A DNA stretch of 50,840 nucleotides from a virus. Its lineage: Duplodnaviria > Caudoviricetes. The notes under the pieces were generated by a model that had not been told where the DNA came from, did not search any database, and worked only from the letters and a program-made list of their open reading frames with translations. Shown here piece after piece: positions 9,305 through 19,414 of the stretch. The position numbers and the translations under genes were made by a program. Every line of letters begins with the position of its first letter. Position 1 is the stretch's first letter. Location of the stretch: positions 1 to 50,840 of IMG/VR virus record IMGVR_UViG_3300031862_000007; one strand, 5' to 3'.

Positions 9305-9334
9305 AAGGGGGGCGCTTCGGCGCCTCCCTTTCTT
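9305..9334 (+). terminator. Intrinsic terminator after the capsid gene
   Basis: aaggggggcgc-TTCG-gcgcctccctt followed by tctt; cUUCGg loop. Confidence 0.8.
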
Positions 9335-9346
9335 GGAGATGAGGAC

Positions 9347-9766
9347 ATGGCACTTTTAAGTCCGCCAAAATCGTTTGTGCGGGAACTTAAACGGATCGAC
9401 TCTCGGCTCTATCCGCTTTACTTCGACCGTTTCAGAAAATGGATGATCGTAAGTCCTTGCCAAAGGCCCGTGGCGGGTGTCACCGAATATGACCCAACCT
9501 CGGAAAAGCACGTAGCCGTTGAATTCCTGATTGAAGACGAGAATGGCAGGCCGCTGCCTCTTTCGAGCGCCGTTCTCCATGTGGTCAAGCTGGCCTTCTG
9601 TGATACGACTCGAAGAAAACCGTTCAGCTTCTACTGGAAGGCGTTCAAGGAAAGTGAAAGACGAAGGCAGTTTGTGGCAGCGCGTGAGAGGCAGTCGATT
9701 TTCAAGGAAGCGGGTCGGGAGATCAAGAAGTTTAAGACAAGCGAAACTTTTGTTTTAGGGAGGTAA
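9347..9766 (+). CDS. Hypothetical phage protein
   Basis: ORF with GAGG RBS in the structural operon. Confidence 0.7.
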   Translation: MALLSPPKSFVRELKRIDSRLYPLYFDRFRKWMIVSPCQRPVAGVTEYDPTSEKHVAVEFLIEDENGRPLPLSSAVLHVVKLAFCDTTRRKPFSFYWKAFKESERRRQFVAARERQSIFKEAGREIKKFKTSETFVLGR

Positions 9767-9768
9767 AA

Positions 9769-10152
9769 ATGTATGTAGGCTATAGTCGCAAAGAAGTTGA
9801 AAGGGCTGGAGCGGTAATCACGAAGCTCTATTCCGGGACAGTCTCGGCAAGCGGAGACTCAAAGTCCGCTTATAAGTGGATTCCTCCTTTCATCAGCCGG
9901 GCGAATCTTTTCCTGAAGGCCACAGAAAACTCGGGCACGGCCACGATGGATGTGAAAGTCGTAACAATGCACCCGAGGGTCGCGGGACACACGACAGACT
10001 GGTATGACCTTCAGGCCTTCACTCAGCTTTCGGCGACTGGAAAGGAAAAGAAAAGCCTCGCCAGTGGCCTCGGCGATAAGCTCGCCGTGGTCTGGACTGT
10101 TACCGGGACAGGAAACTGGACGATTGAGGTTTACGCAGAGCTGAAGCTTTAG
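9769..10152 (+). CDS. Putative virion beta-sandwich (decoration-like) protein
   Basis: Beta-rich Thr/Ser/Gly composition; GGAGG RBS. Confidence 0.55.
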   Translation: MYVGYSRKEVERAGAVITKLYSGTVSASGDSKSAYKWIPPFISRANLFLKATENSGTATMDVKVVTMHPRVAGHTTDWYDLQAFTQLSATGKEKKSLASGLGDKLAVVWTVTGTGNWTIEVYAELKL

Positions 10153-10167
10153 AAAATTTAAGGGAAA

Positions 10168-10191
10168 GGGGGAGGGCTAATGCCCTTCCCC
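10168..10191 (+). terminator. GC hairpin (terminator or processing site)
   Basis: gggggagggc-taat-gcccttcccc. Confidence 0.45.
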
Positions 10192-10213
10192 GAATCTTCT
10201 TAAGGAGTTTGAT

Positions 10214-10672
10214 ATGAGAAAAACTCGAATTCTGTTTTTGGCGATTTTCCTTATTTTCTCTTTATGTATTGTTTCAGATACGGCCCCAACGAGATACAAA
10301 TTTCTGACGAGCGATATCACGGTTCCGATCAACACAACTTGGGTCGAGGGGACAGACTTCACATCCAAAACAATCATGCTTGCCTATGCACAATCAGCAA
10401 CCCTGACTTTTTACGTCAAAGGAAACAATGCGGCATGTTCAAAAGATGTAATTTTCAAGTTTGTGGCGTTTGATTCTTTAAGGAACAAATGGGACACGAT
10501 TGATGCTCTGGGTGGATCGGGTGTGACAGTTACAGCTAATGGAACTACGGCAGTTCAGATAACAAAGCTTCTCTATGCTTATTTTGAGAAGATCAAGTTA
10601 TTGTCGGTTCAGAATCAGGAGACCGTAGCTGGATATACGGTTGATGTGAATGTCTCGATATTTATTAAGTGA
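10214..10672 (+). CDS. Beta-rich protein with N-terminal signal peptide
   Basis: MRKTRILFLAIFLIFSLCIVS leader; AGGAG RBS. Confidence 0.7.
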   Translation: MRKTRILFLAIFLIFSLCIVSDTAPTRYKFLTSDITVPINTTWVEGTDFTSKTIMLAYAQSATLTFYVKGNNAACSKDVIFKFVAFDSLRNKWDTIDALGGSGVTVTANGTTAVQITKLLYAYFEKIKLLSVQNQETVAGYTVDVNVSIFIK

Positions 10673-11670
10673 TAAAGGCGGAGGATAAGATGAAACATAC
10701 ACTGATGAAGCTTGGTTTTCTTAGTGCATTTCTTTGTGCGCTGATATTTTTGGGCACGGCGCAGATTCCGACGATCCTGCCGGTTTCGCCAATCACAGAG
10801 AATGTGCAATTTCAAAAAGAGGCGCAGTTTCTTACCAATTCCTACTATTCCATCATCAAGGGTTCTATGGCAGAGGGCTTGGCAGGTGCAGACCTGCGTA
10901 TCGGTTTGGATGAATCGAATCGCACGCTGATTATTTGCGACAGGGGGGACATTGGGACGGATTTTGGATTGACGGCAAGCAGTGCGCCGAGAATAAAGAT
11001 TTTTAGTGCCACAGGAACTAATGCACTCGATTTATATACTGGGAATATTGTTCAAAATGGCACTCAGCTTAATTTTTCTGCCCAGAAATTTGTTTTTTCT
11101 AGCGGAACAGACCAAGCCTCTGGAAATATGTATGCATTTAATTCCGATGCTGGCGCCGAACTCACCGCCGCTTCCGGCATACAATCCTGGCTCTATGTAG
11201 AACCCAAAATCAATCAATCTGGCACAGCGGCTTACAATGCTATTCTCGCCAATGTTACTGAAACGGCACTTGGAAGCGGGGCAAATAATCTACTGGATTT
11301 GCAGGTAGCAGGAACATCGAAATTCAGGGTCAATAACAAGGGTCTTTTGGCCTATGGCGCAGAATACGACAACGGCAATTCCGGCGCCGCCGACACAATC
11401 GACTGGAATAACGGCAATGGACAAAAATCAACTTTAACGGCTGCCTGCACCTATACTTTCACGGCCCCGACTTCTGGCGTTACTCGGCTTCAGCTCCGAG
11501 TCATCCAGGGCGGAACGGGAAGCTATACTGTAACTTGGCCTGCAACCGTGAAATGGCAGGCTGATACAGCACCCACTTTATCCACCGCTGTTGGCTCAGT
11601 GGATATCATCACTTTTTGGTGGGACGGCCAATTTTATCGAGGCGTAGCTTCGGTAGGATGGACAACTTGA
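10669..11670 (+). CDS. Tail-fibre-like protein with signal peptide (probable start 10690)
   Basis: Hydrophobic leader; C-terminal IDWNNGN...VTWPATVKW...PTLSTAVGSVDIITF module seen in phage fibre proteins. Confidence 0.65.
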   Translation: MIKAEDKMKHTLMKLGFLSAFLCALIFLGTAQIPTILPVSPITENVQFQKEAQFLTNSYYSIIKGSMAEGLAGADLRIGLDESNRTLIICDRGDIGTDFGLTASSAPRIKIFSATGTNALDLYTGNIVQNGTQLNFSAQKFVFSSGTDQASGNMYAFNSDAGAELTAASGIQSWLYVEPKINQSGTAAYNAILANVTETALGSGANNLLDLQVAGTSKFRVNNKGLLAYGAEYDNGNSGAADTIDWNNGNGQKSTLTAACTYTFTAPTSGVTRLQLRVIQGGTGSYTVTWPATVKWQADTAPTLSTAVGSVDIITFWWDGQFYRGVASVGWTT

Positions 11671-11678
11671 GGTAAGCC

Positions 11679-13322
11679 ATGATGCGCCGACTATTAAACA
11701 AATTTATCCTGCCTGTCTTTCTGGCTTTATTTGTCTTGACTTCTTTTGGTTTCTCAACAACTTACTATGTAGATTCAGCAGTAACAGATACTTATCCCGC
11801 AAGCGCAACGCCAGATTTCACGACTTATAATCACGTGACGTTTGAGACGACGGGTGGCACGGATTCCGTTTATAAAACCATAGCCGATGTCAATGCCAAG
11901 ATGTCAACGCTTGCTTCAGGGGACTCTGTTTTATTTAGGCGAGGACAGAGTTGGCAAGAAAGCCTTGTTATTAATAAAACTGGCCTGACAGATTATCTCA
12001 CCTTCGGAGCATACGGTACTGGGGCAAAGCCGATTATCTGGCAGGCGAGCGGTGGAAGCGTAGCGATTACTTGTTCAACAGCGAATGTTTCATATATTTG
12101 GCTTGATAATTTAGAAGTATATACTGTTAAGGGAGCGGGAACTAATACGGCTATTTGGATTTACGGTGATAATGCTACAAACTGGAAATTCACAAATTTA
12201 TTAGTTTCACAATCTGCTCAGAATGGAATCTATTTACAGAGAATTGATACATATCTCATTGAAGATTCTATCGTCCATGATTGCGATCAATGTAACGTAG
12301 TTATTTATGGTTCTGCTACTTATCCAATTACTAATGGCACAATAAGTAATGTAGTTTCATATAATGCCGGAGTAGAGGATGGCCTGATGATTCATGACGA
12401 TGCCAGCAGTAATCACCCTGGGGCACATCATCTTGTAGAGAACTGCGAGGTATATAATAATTATGAAGATGGCTTTGACTTGCAGTCTGGCGATGATATT
12501 ACTGTTCGTGGATGTTATTCGCATGGAAATAATAGTCGTGCTTACAGCCTTGGGACTCATGCAAGTAATATTATTGTAGAAGACAGTTGGGCTGTTTCAG
12601 CCTCGTCTACAGCAGGTTTATACGATATGAGCGCAGGGGTGTCTAATGCTACTGTAAGATATTGTATTGGGTATTATACTGGAACGAATGCCGCTTTGTC
12701 TACGGGCAATACTAGTAGCAATATATCTAATGCTAAATGGTATAACAATACGATTGTAATAACTAATAGTGCTGCCAAGCTTATGGGTATCATGGCAGCC
12801 ACGTTGACGACCCTTATTGTTAAAAACAATATTTTTATTTACTTGGGAACAACACCCGTAACGTCTTGGGTTGTGTTTTATAGTACTACTCAAAACCCGA
12901 CAGAAATGGGATGCGATTGGAATTATAATTGGTATTATGTTCCAAATGTAACAGAGGGAACAAATGCAAGGTGGTATGTAACCAAAAATACGACATTTTA
13001 TAGTTATGCAACCTGGAAATCTACTTGGTCGCAGGATGCCAATTCATCAGCGAACAGAACTACTAACCCATTACTTGTGAACGGCTCAGGCAACTGGTCG
13101 CTGGATACAGATTTCAAGATTCCCTCAAACTCGCCCTGTAAGGATGTTGGCGTAAATCTTGGCTTGACAGAAGATTATTTCGGCGGGTTTGTTCCCATTG
13201 GGAGTGCACCAGACATAGGTGCGCACGAGTATCCGTCGGATGTTCCGGCGAAAAATGCGCTTTTTGTATTCGTCGGTTTGCTTGCTATTACGGCCTATCG
13301 GAATCGGAGAAAATTTAGATGA
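11679..13322 (+). CDS. Right-handed parallel beta-helix (pectin-lyase-like) protein with signal peptide and C-terminal TM/basic tail
   Basis: GDSVLFRRG, GAYGTGAKP, repeated VENCEVYNN-type rungs, GSAPDIGAHEY, then ALFVFVGLLAITAYRNRRKFR. Confidence 0.8.
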   Translation: MMRRLLNKFILPVFLALFVLTSFGFSTTYYVDSAVTDTYPASATPDFTTYNHVTFETTGGTDSVYKTIADVNAKMSTLASGDSVLFRRGQSWQESLVINKTGLTDYLTFGAYGTGAKPIIWQASGGSVAITCSTANVSYIWLDNLEVYTVKGAGTNTAIWIYGDNATNWKFTNLLVSQSAQNGIYLQRIDTYLIEDSIVHDCDQCNVVIYGSATYPITNGTISNVVSYNAGVEDGLMIHDDASSNHPGAHHLVENCEVYNNYEDGFDLQSGDDITVRGCYSHGNNSRAYSLGTHASNIIVEDSWAVSASSTAGLYDMSAGVSNATVRYCIGYYTGTNAALSTGNTSSNISNAKWYNNTIVITNSAAKLMGIMAATLTTLIVKNNIFIYLGTTPVTSWVVFYSTTQNPTEMGCDWNYNWYYVPNVTEGTNARWYVTKNTTFYSYATWKSTWSQDANSSANRTTNPLLVNGSGNWSLDTDFKIPSNSPCKDVGVNLGLTEDYFGGFVPIGSAPDIGAHEYPSDVPAKNALFVFVGLLAITAYRNRRKFR

Positions 13323-13543
13323 AAATTCAAATTGACCTAAAGGACATCATCGTTTTCGGGCTTATCTTACTCTGCCTTGCTTTCTGTCTTAACCTTTACT
13401 GGAAGATGGAGAATATTAAGCTTGCACAGCAGGTGAACCAGAATACTCAGAGCATCCAGCAGATTGTTACCTTTCTGAATCAAGGACAGCAGGCAAAGGC
13501 TGGAGCTCCGTCGGCAGAACAGCCGAAAGTGGAGAAGAAATGA
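13319..13543 (+). CDS. Small TM plus coiled-coil protein
   Basis: N-terminal TM helix; overlaps both neighbours. Confidence 0.65.
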   Translation: MKIQIDLKDIIVFGLILLCLAFCLNLYWKMENIKLAQQVNQNTQSIQQIVTFLNQGQQAKAGAPSAEQPKVEKK

Positions 13544-14253
13544 CAAGAGGAGAAATTAGAAGCTACATCAGGATTTTGGCCGATGAACTCACCGAGACTC
13601 CCGAAGGACTTTTCTTGGATACTGAACTCGACTTGCTCATCAATATCTCTCAGCAGAAAACTGCCGTGGAGCTCGCCCCGTTCATTCCCTGGGCGATAAC
13701 AAAATCTTTTCTTATCTCAACGGTCGCCAACAAGCGCGAGTATGATGTTTTGGCTGACCTGAGCGTGACGGATTTGTTCATGTTTTTCGGGATCTTCCAT
13801 AATGAATCGGGATATAAACAGACTGAACTTCTCTATGTCGAAAAGGATCAACTTGTTGAATATAATGTTATCGGCGAAACTGGCGATCCCAAGGTTTGGT
13901 CATGGGACTCGCCTGGCGTCATAGCACTCGACCCGTGCCCCGACCAGAGCGTGACAAGCAAATTCAAGGCGGTCTATATTCCTGTTTTCCATGATCTAAA
14001 TCAAGATACTACTCATGACCCTCCGACAGGCAAATATGCCATCCCCTTCAACGGGCTAGTTACTTTGACGCCGACCCATTCTCTCATATCTCTGGATGTT
14101 TTGAAGCAGTGGCATATCCGGGGCGAAGAGGAAGGTTCTGATATTGACCAGCGCTATAGGGAAGTCTTCTCGTCTGTTATCTCCACAATGTCTATGGCCC
14201 AGGGCGTGACCTCGAAGATGAGGCCAGAATTGAGGGAAATGATCAAGAGGTGA
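13540..14253 (+). CDS. Head-tail adaptor
   Basis: MTRGEIRSYIR...DTELDLLIN N-terminus typical of adaptors; position. Confidence 0.7.
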   Translation: MTRGEIRSYIRILADELTETPEGLFLDTELDLLINISQQKTAVELAPFIPWAITKSFLISTVANKREYDVLADLSVTDLFMFFGIFHNESGYKQTELLYVEKDQLVEYNVIGETGDPKVWSWDSPGVIALDPCPDQSVTSKFKAVYIPVFHDLNQDTTHDPPTGKYAIPFNGLVTLTPTHSLISLDVLKQWHIRGEEEGSDIDQRYREVFSSVISTMSMAQGVTSKMRPELREMIKR

Positions 14254-14256
14254 AAG

Positions 14257-16077
14257 ATGTATCGGCACTCGGTGAAGGGACTCTATCGGTTCGACGGGAT
14301 CAAGAGCCTTGCCGGAACCTTAAACGAGCTTTCTGCGCCAACCGAAGTGCCTGAAGCTCAAGTTATAAAATGTCTTAATTTCAAGCCACATAAAGACGGA
14401 ATCAGCCGGGTCAAAAGGCCAGGATATTCGAAGTTTGACGCTTTCTATAACTTTGAGGGCCTTCCAATAAGAGGACTTTTTGATTACTGGGATGAGACTC
14501 CTGTCAATAGATATGAGGTCATTACCTCAAAAAAGATTTTTAGCCGTGCAGTAGGAGCAGGGTCGTGGTCAGAGCTTTATTCTCAAACTGCGGAGCTTGA
14601 ATTTCCAATCAAGCCCGTGGTTTATCTTCGGGAAAGACCGATTGTCGTCGGGTTTGACACAAACAGATTAGTTGAGCCGACAACGACTTATGGGCTCGGG
14701 ATTGTGGCCCCATCCTCAGCACCGACTTTAGCAGAAGGCGCAGCTGGCAGCCTCACCGGAACTTTTAAATATGTCGTGACCTACATGAGGAGCGGAAATT
14801 TTCAGGTCGAGAGCAATCCCTCTCCGGAATCCTCGCCGATAACTGTAACTGCAAAAAAAATCAACCTCTCCGCTATCCCAGTATCGACTGATCCGAAGGT
14901 GGACAAGAAGAGACTCTATAGGACGACCGCAGGTGGAGCAGTCTTTTTTTGGGTTGCCGACATAGCCAATGCCACAACGACCTATGAAGACAACATCACA
15001 GAACTTGGAGATGAAGTCAGTTATGATCGTTATCCGCCGCCCGTGGCGATATTCGCTGAAGTCTGGGATGACCGAGTTTGGTTTGTGCCGAAAAGTGATA
15101 GAAACCAACTTCACTTTACAAACAAGGGTTCAGCCGAAGAAATGGACAGCGATAACATCATCCAAGTCAAGGGAAAAGATTCTGATGAGATCATGGCGAT
15201 CAAGGCCTACATGGACTCGCTCTATATCTTCAAGCATAAGTCACCTTGGAGGCTGGATAAAATCGGCGAATCTTCTTACCAGTTGACAAAACTTCCATAT
15301 AATATCGGCACAGATGCCCCTGCTTCTGTTGCCGTCGGAGGGGGCCTCCTGATGTGGAAGTCAAAAAGGGGAATAGAGATTTTTAACGATCAAGTTATTT
15401 TTGATCCGCCGTTTTCCGATTTAATTCCCGAGACATTGGCGACTATAAATGAGGCCGCAATCGGCAAGGCCTTCGGGGAGGTGAATGAAAAGGAAGGCGA
15501 ATATTGGCTCGCCGTTCCTACTGGGGCATCAACGGAGCCAGACCTCGTTATAGTTTATGATTATATTGGGGGGAAAATAAGCAGATATATATTTGCCAAG
15601 AAATTAACTGCGATGCACAACATCAGGGATGGGAATTCAAAGCTTCAATTCATTACTGGAAGTTCAGACGGCAATCTTTATATTCAGGATTCAGGATTCA
15701 CGGATGACGGCACGCCGATTACGGCAAACTTCATGACAAAGCAGTATTGTTGTTTAACGAATGAGAAGGGGTTATGGAATGTCCTCCGCAGACTTTTTGT
15801 GGATTACATTTGTCCAACCGGAACAAGTGTTGTTTTGAAGATATACAAAAATAAGGAAAAGGTCGCAACTGTTTCAACTTCGCTTGCAGGGGTAACGCCG
15901 TCGGATTCGGACAAGGCCAGAGAGGTTATTTTAAAGCGCATAAACCTTGGATTATCTTGCGCTTATGTTTGTTTTGAGTTTAGCCATAATGAGACGCCGA
16001 CAGACGAAGTGAGAATCCTGCCGCCTGAAATTTATTTTAAGCGAAGGGTCTGGAAGTCTGACGTTAAGGCCGATTGA
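14257..16077 (+). CDS. Tail nozzle / DNA stabilisation protein (P22 gp10, T7 gp12-like)
   Basis: 606 aa, VKRPGY motif, beta-propeller-like repeats, follows the adaptor. Confidence 0.75.
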   Translation: MYRHSVKGLYRFDGIKSLAGTLNELSAPTEVPEAQVIKCLNFKPHKDGISRVKRPGYSKFDAFYNFEGLPIRGLFDYWDETPVNRYEVITSKKIFSRAVGAGSWSELYSQTAELEFPIKPVVYLRERPIVVGFDTNRLVEPTTTYGLGIVAPSSAPTLAEGAAGSLTGTFKYVVTYMRSGNFQVESNPSPESSPITVTAKKINLSAIPVSTDPKVDKKRLYRTTAGGAVFFWVADIANATTTYEDNITELGDEVSYDRYPPPVAIFAEVWDDRVWFVPKSDRNQLHFTNKGSAEEMDSDNIIQVKGKDSDEIMAIKAYMDSLYIFKHKSPWRLDKIGESSYQLTKLPYNIGTDAPASVAVGGGLLMWKSKRGIEIFNDQVIFDPPFSDLIPETLATINEAAIGKAFGEVNEKEGEYWLAVPTGASTEPDLVIVYDYIGGKISRYIFAKKLTAMHNIRDGNSKLQFITGSSDGNLYIQDSGFTDDGTPITANFMTKQYCCLTNEKGLWNVLRRLFVDYICPTGTSVVLKIYKNKEKVATVSTSLAGVTPSDSDKAREVILKRINLGLSCAYVCFEFSHNETPTDEVRILPPEIYFKRRVWKSDVKAD

Positions 16078-18665
16078 TGACATACGAAGAATTCATCGAA
16101 ATGCTACGGGTTCAGGGAAAGCCTGGGACAATAAAAGAATCAGACTTGGCCGATGGTGCAATAACGGCCAAGAAAATCAAAGTCGGTGCCTTGACTGCCG
16201 AGACGATAGCGGCCGGCACGATTACTGCGGATAAACTCAGTTTTAATCCCTACATTATAGGCACGAATGATCTTGATGACGTCGTAGATGGAACCTCTTA
16301 CGCTAAGATATTAAGCAGTGCAGCGCAAGGCGGCCTGGTTCTTTTGAGTCAGGCGGTGGGCAATATCGATAACATAGGTGACGGCACAACCTATAAAAAA
16401 GTTTTAGCGACAGATATTTCAGCCGGACACATTCTTTTATCTTCTGTAATCGGAACCTTAGACAATGTGGCCGATGGTACAAGTTATGGGAAGGTTGCCA
16501 TAACAGATATTCAAGCAGGCCATATTTTGCTGGCTACGGCAGTAGGAAGCTTAGACAACATTGCCGATGGGTCAAATTATGGCAAGGTAGCCTTAACCTC
16601 TATTAGCGCAGGAAAAATCATTGTAGCTGGTCTTGATAGTGGCGTAACTGCTCGGATGTTCCTTGATGGCACGACCAAAACCAACATAGAGGCCTGGCGG
16701 CATGCATCGGACGTAACCCTGATAGATGGGGGGGATATCTACACCAAGTCCATTACCGCCGTTAAATTAGATATAGCTACGATAACCGATAACTTGATTC
16801 TTAATCCATCCTTTGAGCAGGCGGGGGGATGGGCGGTGGTGGAGGAAAACGGGACGGCCACGTATTCCACTGCAGACAAAACAGAAGGGACATATAGCTT
16901 ATTATTGTCTGCTCCAGCCGTAGGCTATGGATGTCGAGCTATTCCACTTGTTCCAGGGGATAAGTATACTGTTAGGGTTAAACTTAAGGGGGCGACGGCC
17001 ACGACTATTGGTTTATATATAAGAATGAATGAAAAAACCACTTATCCTGCTGGGGATTATGTAACCGCGGATTTGCGGGATAGCCGCACAGATTTCGTTA
17101 CCGACGGTGCTGCGCCATCTACTTGGACGACTTACGAATATACTTATACGGTCCCAGCAAATATCTATTGGGGTTCTTTTTCTATCTATAACTGGACTGG
17201 CGGCCCTGCGGGTGGAATCTATATAGACGAGGCAGAGGCCAGGAAGCAGTTAGGTGCGGTGCATATTGAGGATGGGGTAATAAGTTTAACGAAGTTAACC
17301 TTTACGCCTTTCGTTATAGGCACAGATGACCTGGATGACATAGCTGAGGGCACGAACTACGGCAAGGTTTTAAAGGCTGACATCTCAGCGGGGCATATTC
17401 TACTCTCAGCATGCTCCGGCAATCTTGACAATATCGCAGACGGTTCAAATTATGGGAAGGTAGCATTAACTTCTATAAGTGCCGGTAAAATCATCGTGGC
17501 TGGTTTAGATAACGACGTGACAGCCAGGATGTTCGCTGATGCCACCACTAAGACCAACATCGAAGCCTGGAGGCATGCATCGGACGTAACCCTGATAGAC
17601 GGTGGGCACATCTACACGGGTACGGTTGTTGTTGGGGCGTTGGGAAGCGACGTAATCGCCAGGGTCTTTTCCGACGGTACGACCAAAACAAACATTGAGG
17701 CCTGGAGGCATGCATCGGATGTGACGCTGATAGACGGTGGGGATATCTATACGGGGACGGTAACCGCCAATAAAATCAGCGTCACTTCGCTCTCTTCTAT
17801 CCACGCAAACATGGGAACCATTACGGCAGGAAAAATTGATGTCGGAAACATAGAAATAAACGCCGATACGGAGAGAATCCTGATGGGTGCAGCGACCGCC
17901 CCGAAAACTGGCATTGGGGTATTTATCGGAAAAGATGTAGCTGACTATGAATTCAGATGTGGTAATCCTGCGGGTCATATGATGCATTGGGATGGTGCTA
18001 CTTTATGTCTTTATAAGGATGGAACTTATTTTGTTAACGCCCAGGAACTTGAGGAGGGGGCGGCCCGAGCCAGAATGTATATACAGGGTTCTCCCTATGC
18101 TGGTGGCTTTCAGGGTAAGCTGATGAACGATGAAACGGGATATTATTGGGCGGGAACGACATATAAAATAAGTCTCACTTTTTTGAGTGGAACGAAATAT
18201 ATGTTGACCATTGATACGGCTGTGCCAGGTGGCGGCGCAGGCAGTGGCGATAGTTGCTTTATTGCAAAAACAAGAATTTTAATGGCTGACGGGAATACTA
18301 AAAAAATAGCAGATATTCAAGTAGGAGATTATGTTTTAACAAGGAAATCTGAGACATCTCCGAAATTGGTAAGGGCAAGGGTTTTGAAATTTTATGAACA
18401 TCCAGAAACCGATATATTTACAGTAATTAATGATGTTCTTGTTGTAACGCCAAATCATAGAATGTTTATCAATGGGAAATGGCAGCGAGTCGAAACTCTT
18501 AAATTGGGAGACACTCTTCTTGATGATAAAAATAGGAAAATAGCGGTGAAATCTATAAAAGAACGAAGAGAGAAGGCTGAGAAGGTTTATAACTTGGAAA
18601 TTGAAAAATACAGGACATATTTTGCTAACGGTTTTTATGCCCACAATGCAAAAGACCCTGGATAA
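16074..18665 (+). CDS. Tail fibre/spike with internal repeats, CBM-like domain and C-terminal Hint domain
   Basis: Repeats LDNIADGSNYGKV and AWRHASDVTLIDGG (x3); NLILNPSFE CBM-like start; Hint motifs CFIAKTRILMADG, VTPNHRM, VYNLEI..YFANGFYAHN. Confidence 0.85.
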   Translation: MMTYEEFIEMLRVQGKPGTIKESDLADGAITAKKIKVGALTAETIAAGTITADKLSFNPYIIGTNDLDDVVDGTSYAKILSSAAQGGLVLLSQAVGNIDNIGDGTTYKKVLATDISAGHILLSSVIGTLDNVADGTSYGKVAITDIQAGHILLATAVGSLDNIADGSNYGKVALTSISAGKIIVAGLDSGVTARMFLDGTTKTNIEAWRHASDVTLIDGGDIYTKSITAVKLDIATITDNLILNPSFEQAGGWAVVEENGTATYSTADKTEGTYSLLLSAPAVGYGCRAIPLVPGDKYTVRVKLKGATATTIGLYIRMNEKTTYPAGDYVTADLRDSRTDFVTDGAAPSTWTTYEYTYTVPANIYWGSFSIYNWTGGPAGGIYIDEAEARKQLGAVHIEDGVISLTKLTFTPFVIGTDDLDDIAEGTNYGKVLKADISAGHILLSACSGNLDNIADGSNYGKVALTSISAGKIIVAGLDNDVTARMFADATTKTNIEAWRHASDVTLIDGGHIYTGTVVVGALGSDVIARVFSDGTTKTNIEAWRHASDVTLIDGGDIYTGTVTANKISVTSLSSIHANMGTITAGKIDVGNIEINADTERILMGAATAPKTGIGVFIGKDVADYEFRCGNPAGHMMHWDGATLCLYKDGTYFVNAQELEEGAARARMYIQGSPYAGGFQGKLMNDETGYYWAGTTYKISLTFLSGTKYMLTIDTAVPGGGAGSGDSCFIAKTRILMADGNTKKIADIQVGDYVLTRKSETSPKLVRARVLKFYEHPETDIFTVINDVLVVTPNHRMFINGKWQRVETLKLGDTLLDDKNRKIAVKSIKERREKAEKVYNLEIEKYRTYFANGFYAHNAKDPG

Positions 18666-18671
18666 GGAGTA

Positions 18672-18920
18672 ATGATGAGCGAAAAAAAAGAATTATCGAA
18701 GGTCGAGCAGTATGCTGTTAGGGCGGCGGTTGAGAGGATTAATTCGGCTCGGACCGAGCTGCAATCTCTCCTGAAGGATATTGCCGCGGAGCAGGGCATA
18801 AATCTCAACGACCCAGCAGAAATCTGGGAACTCTCTGCGGATATGAAATCGCTTGAACGGCGGGGGGAGACGAAAGTTTCTCCTAAGTTGACAATCCCGA
18901 AAGAAAAAAAGGGAGGATAA
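18672..18920 (+). CDS. Small coiled-coil protein, possible fibre chaperone
   Basis: AAGGAG RBS; follows the fibre gene. Confidence 0.6.
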   Translation: MMSEKKELSKVEQYAVRAAVERINSARTELQSLLKDIAAEQGINLNDPAEIWELSADMKSLERRGETKVSPKLTIPKEKKGG

Positions 18921-18921
18921 A

Positions 18922-19413
18922 ATGGACGGATTAGAAGGATTGTTCGGAGGGACGACGGGTGGTGCTGGAGCTGGGGCAATGGGCGCAGGAACGGCTGGGG
19001 CAATGGGCGCAGCGGGGGCAGGTTTTCCGTGGTTGCTTGCCATTCCTATTTTATCGAGCCTTATTCAAGCCCTGACTTCAAAATCTAAAGAACAGCAACA
19101 GCAGGAAAATGTCACTAACACACTGAGGATGCTGCAACAACTCGGGATAAAACAACCCTATCAAAGCAAATATACTCAAAAGCTCGACCCGATTATCGCT
19201 ATGGCCTTGGCAAATCAACTCAAAAGGACATCAAATTGGGGATGGCCGCAGGGAATGGGTATGGACACGGGACTTCTTGAGGCTTTTCTTCAAAGCATAA
19301 CAAGCCCTAGTTCATTGCTCACGCCGCAAGGAGCACAGAAGAAAACAGTATTTGGAGAGACTAATACTAATCCCATCACCTGGGGGATAACGCCTGGAAT
19401 ATTGGGAGGGTAA
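18922..19413 (+). CDS. Putative DNA-ejection (pilot) protein
   Basis: Gly/Ala-rich N-terminus followed by a hydrophobic helix, typical of podoviral ejection proteins. Confidence 0.6.
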   Translation: MDGLEGLFGGTTGGAGAGAMGAGTAGAMGAAGAGFPWLLAIPILSSLIQALTSKSKEQQQQENVTNTLRMLQQLGIKQPYQSKYTQKLDPIIAMALANQLKRTSNWGWPQGMGMDTGLLEAFLQSITSPSSLLTPQGAQKKTVFGETNTNPITWGITPGILGG

Positions 19414-19414
19414 A

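Noticed and set aside
18255-18647. Canonical splicing intein
   Set aside because: The +1 residue is Ala and the C-extein is only 5 aa, so it is treated as a cleaving Hint domain.
16074-18665. Diversity-generating retroelement TR/VR pair
   Set aside because: The repeats are in-frame coding duplications, I saw no adenine-specific mismatch pattern, and there is no reverse transcriptase in the window.
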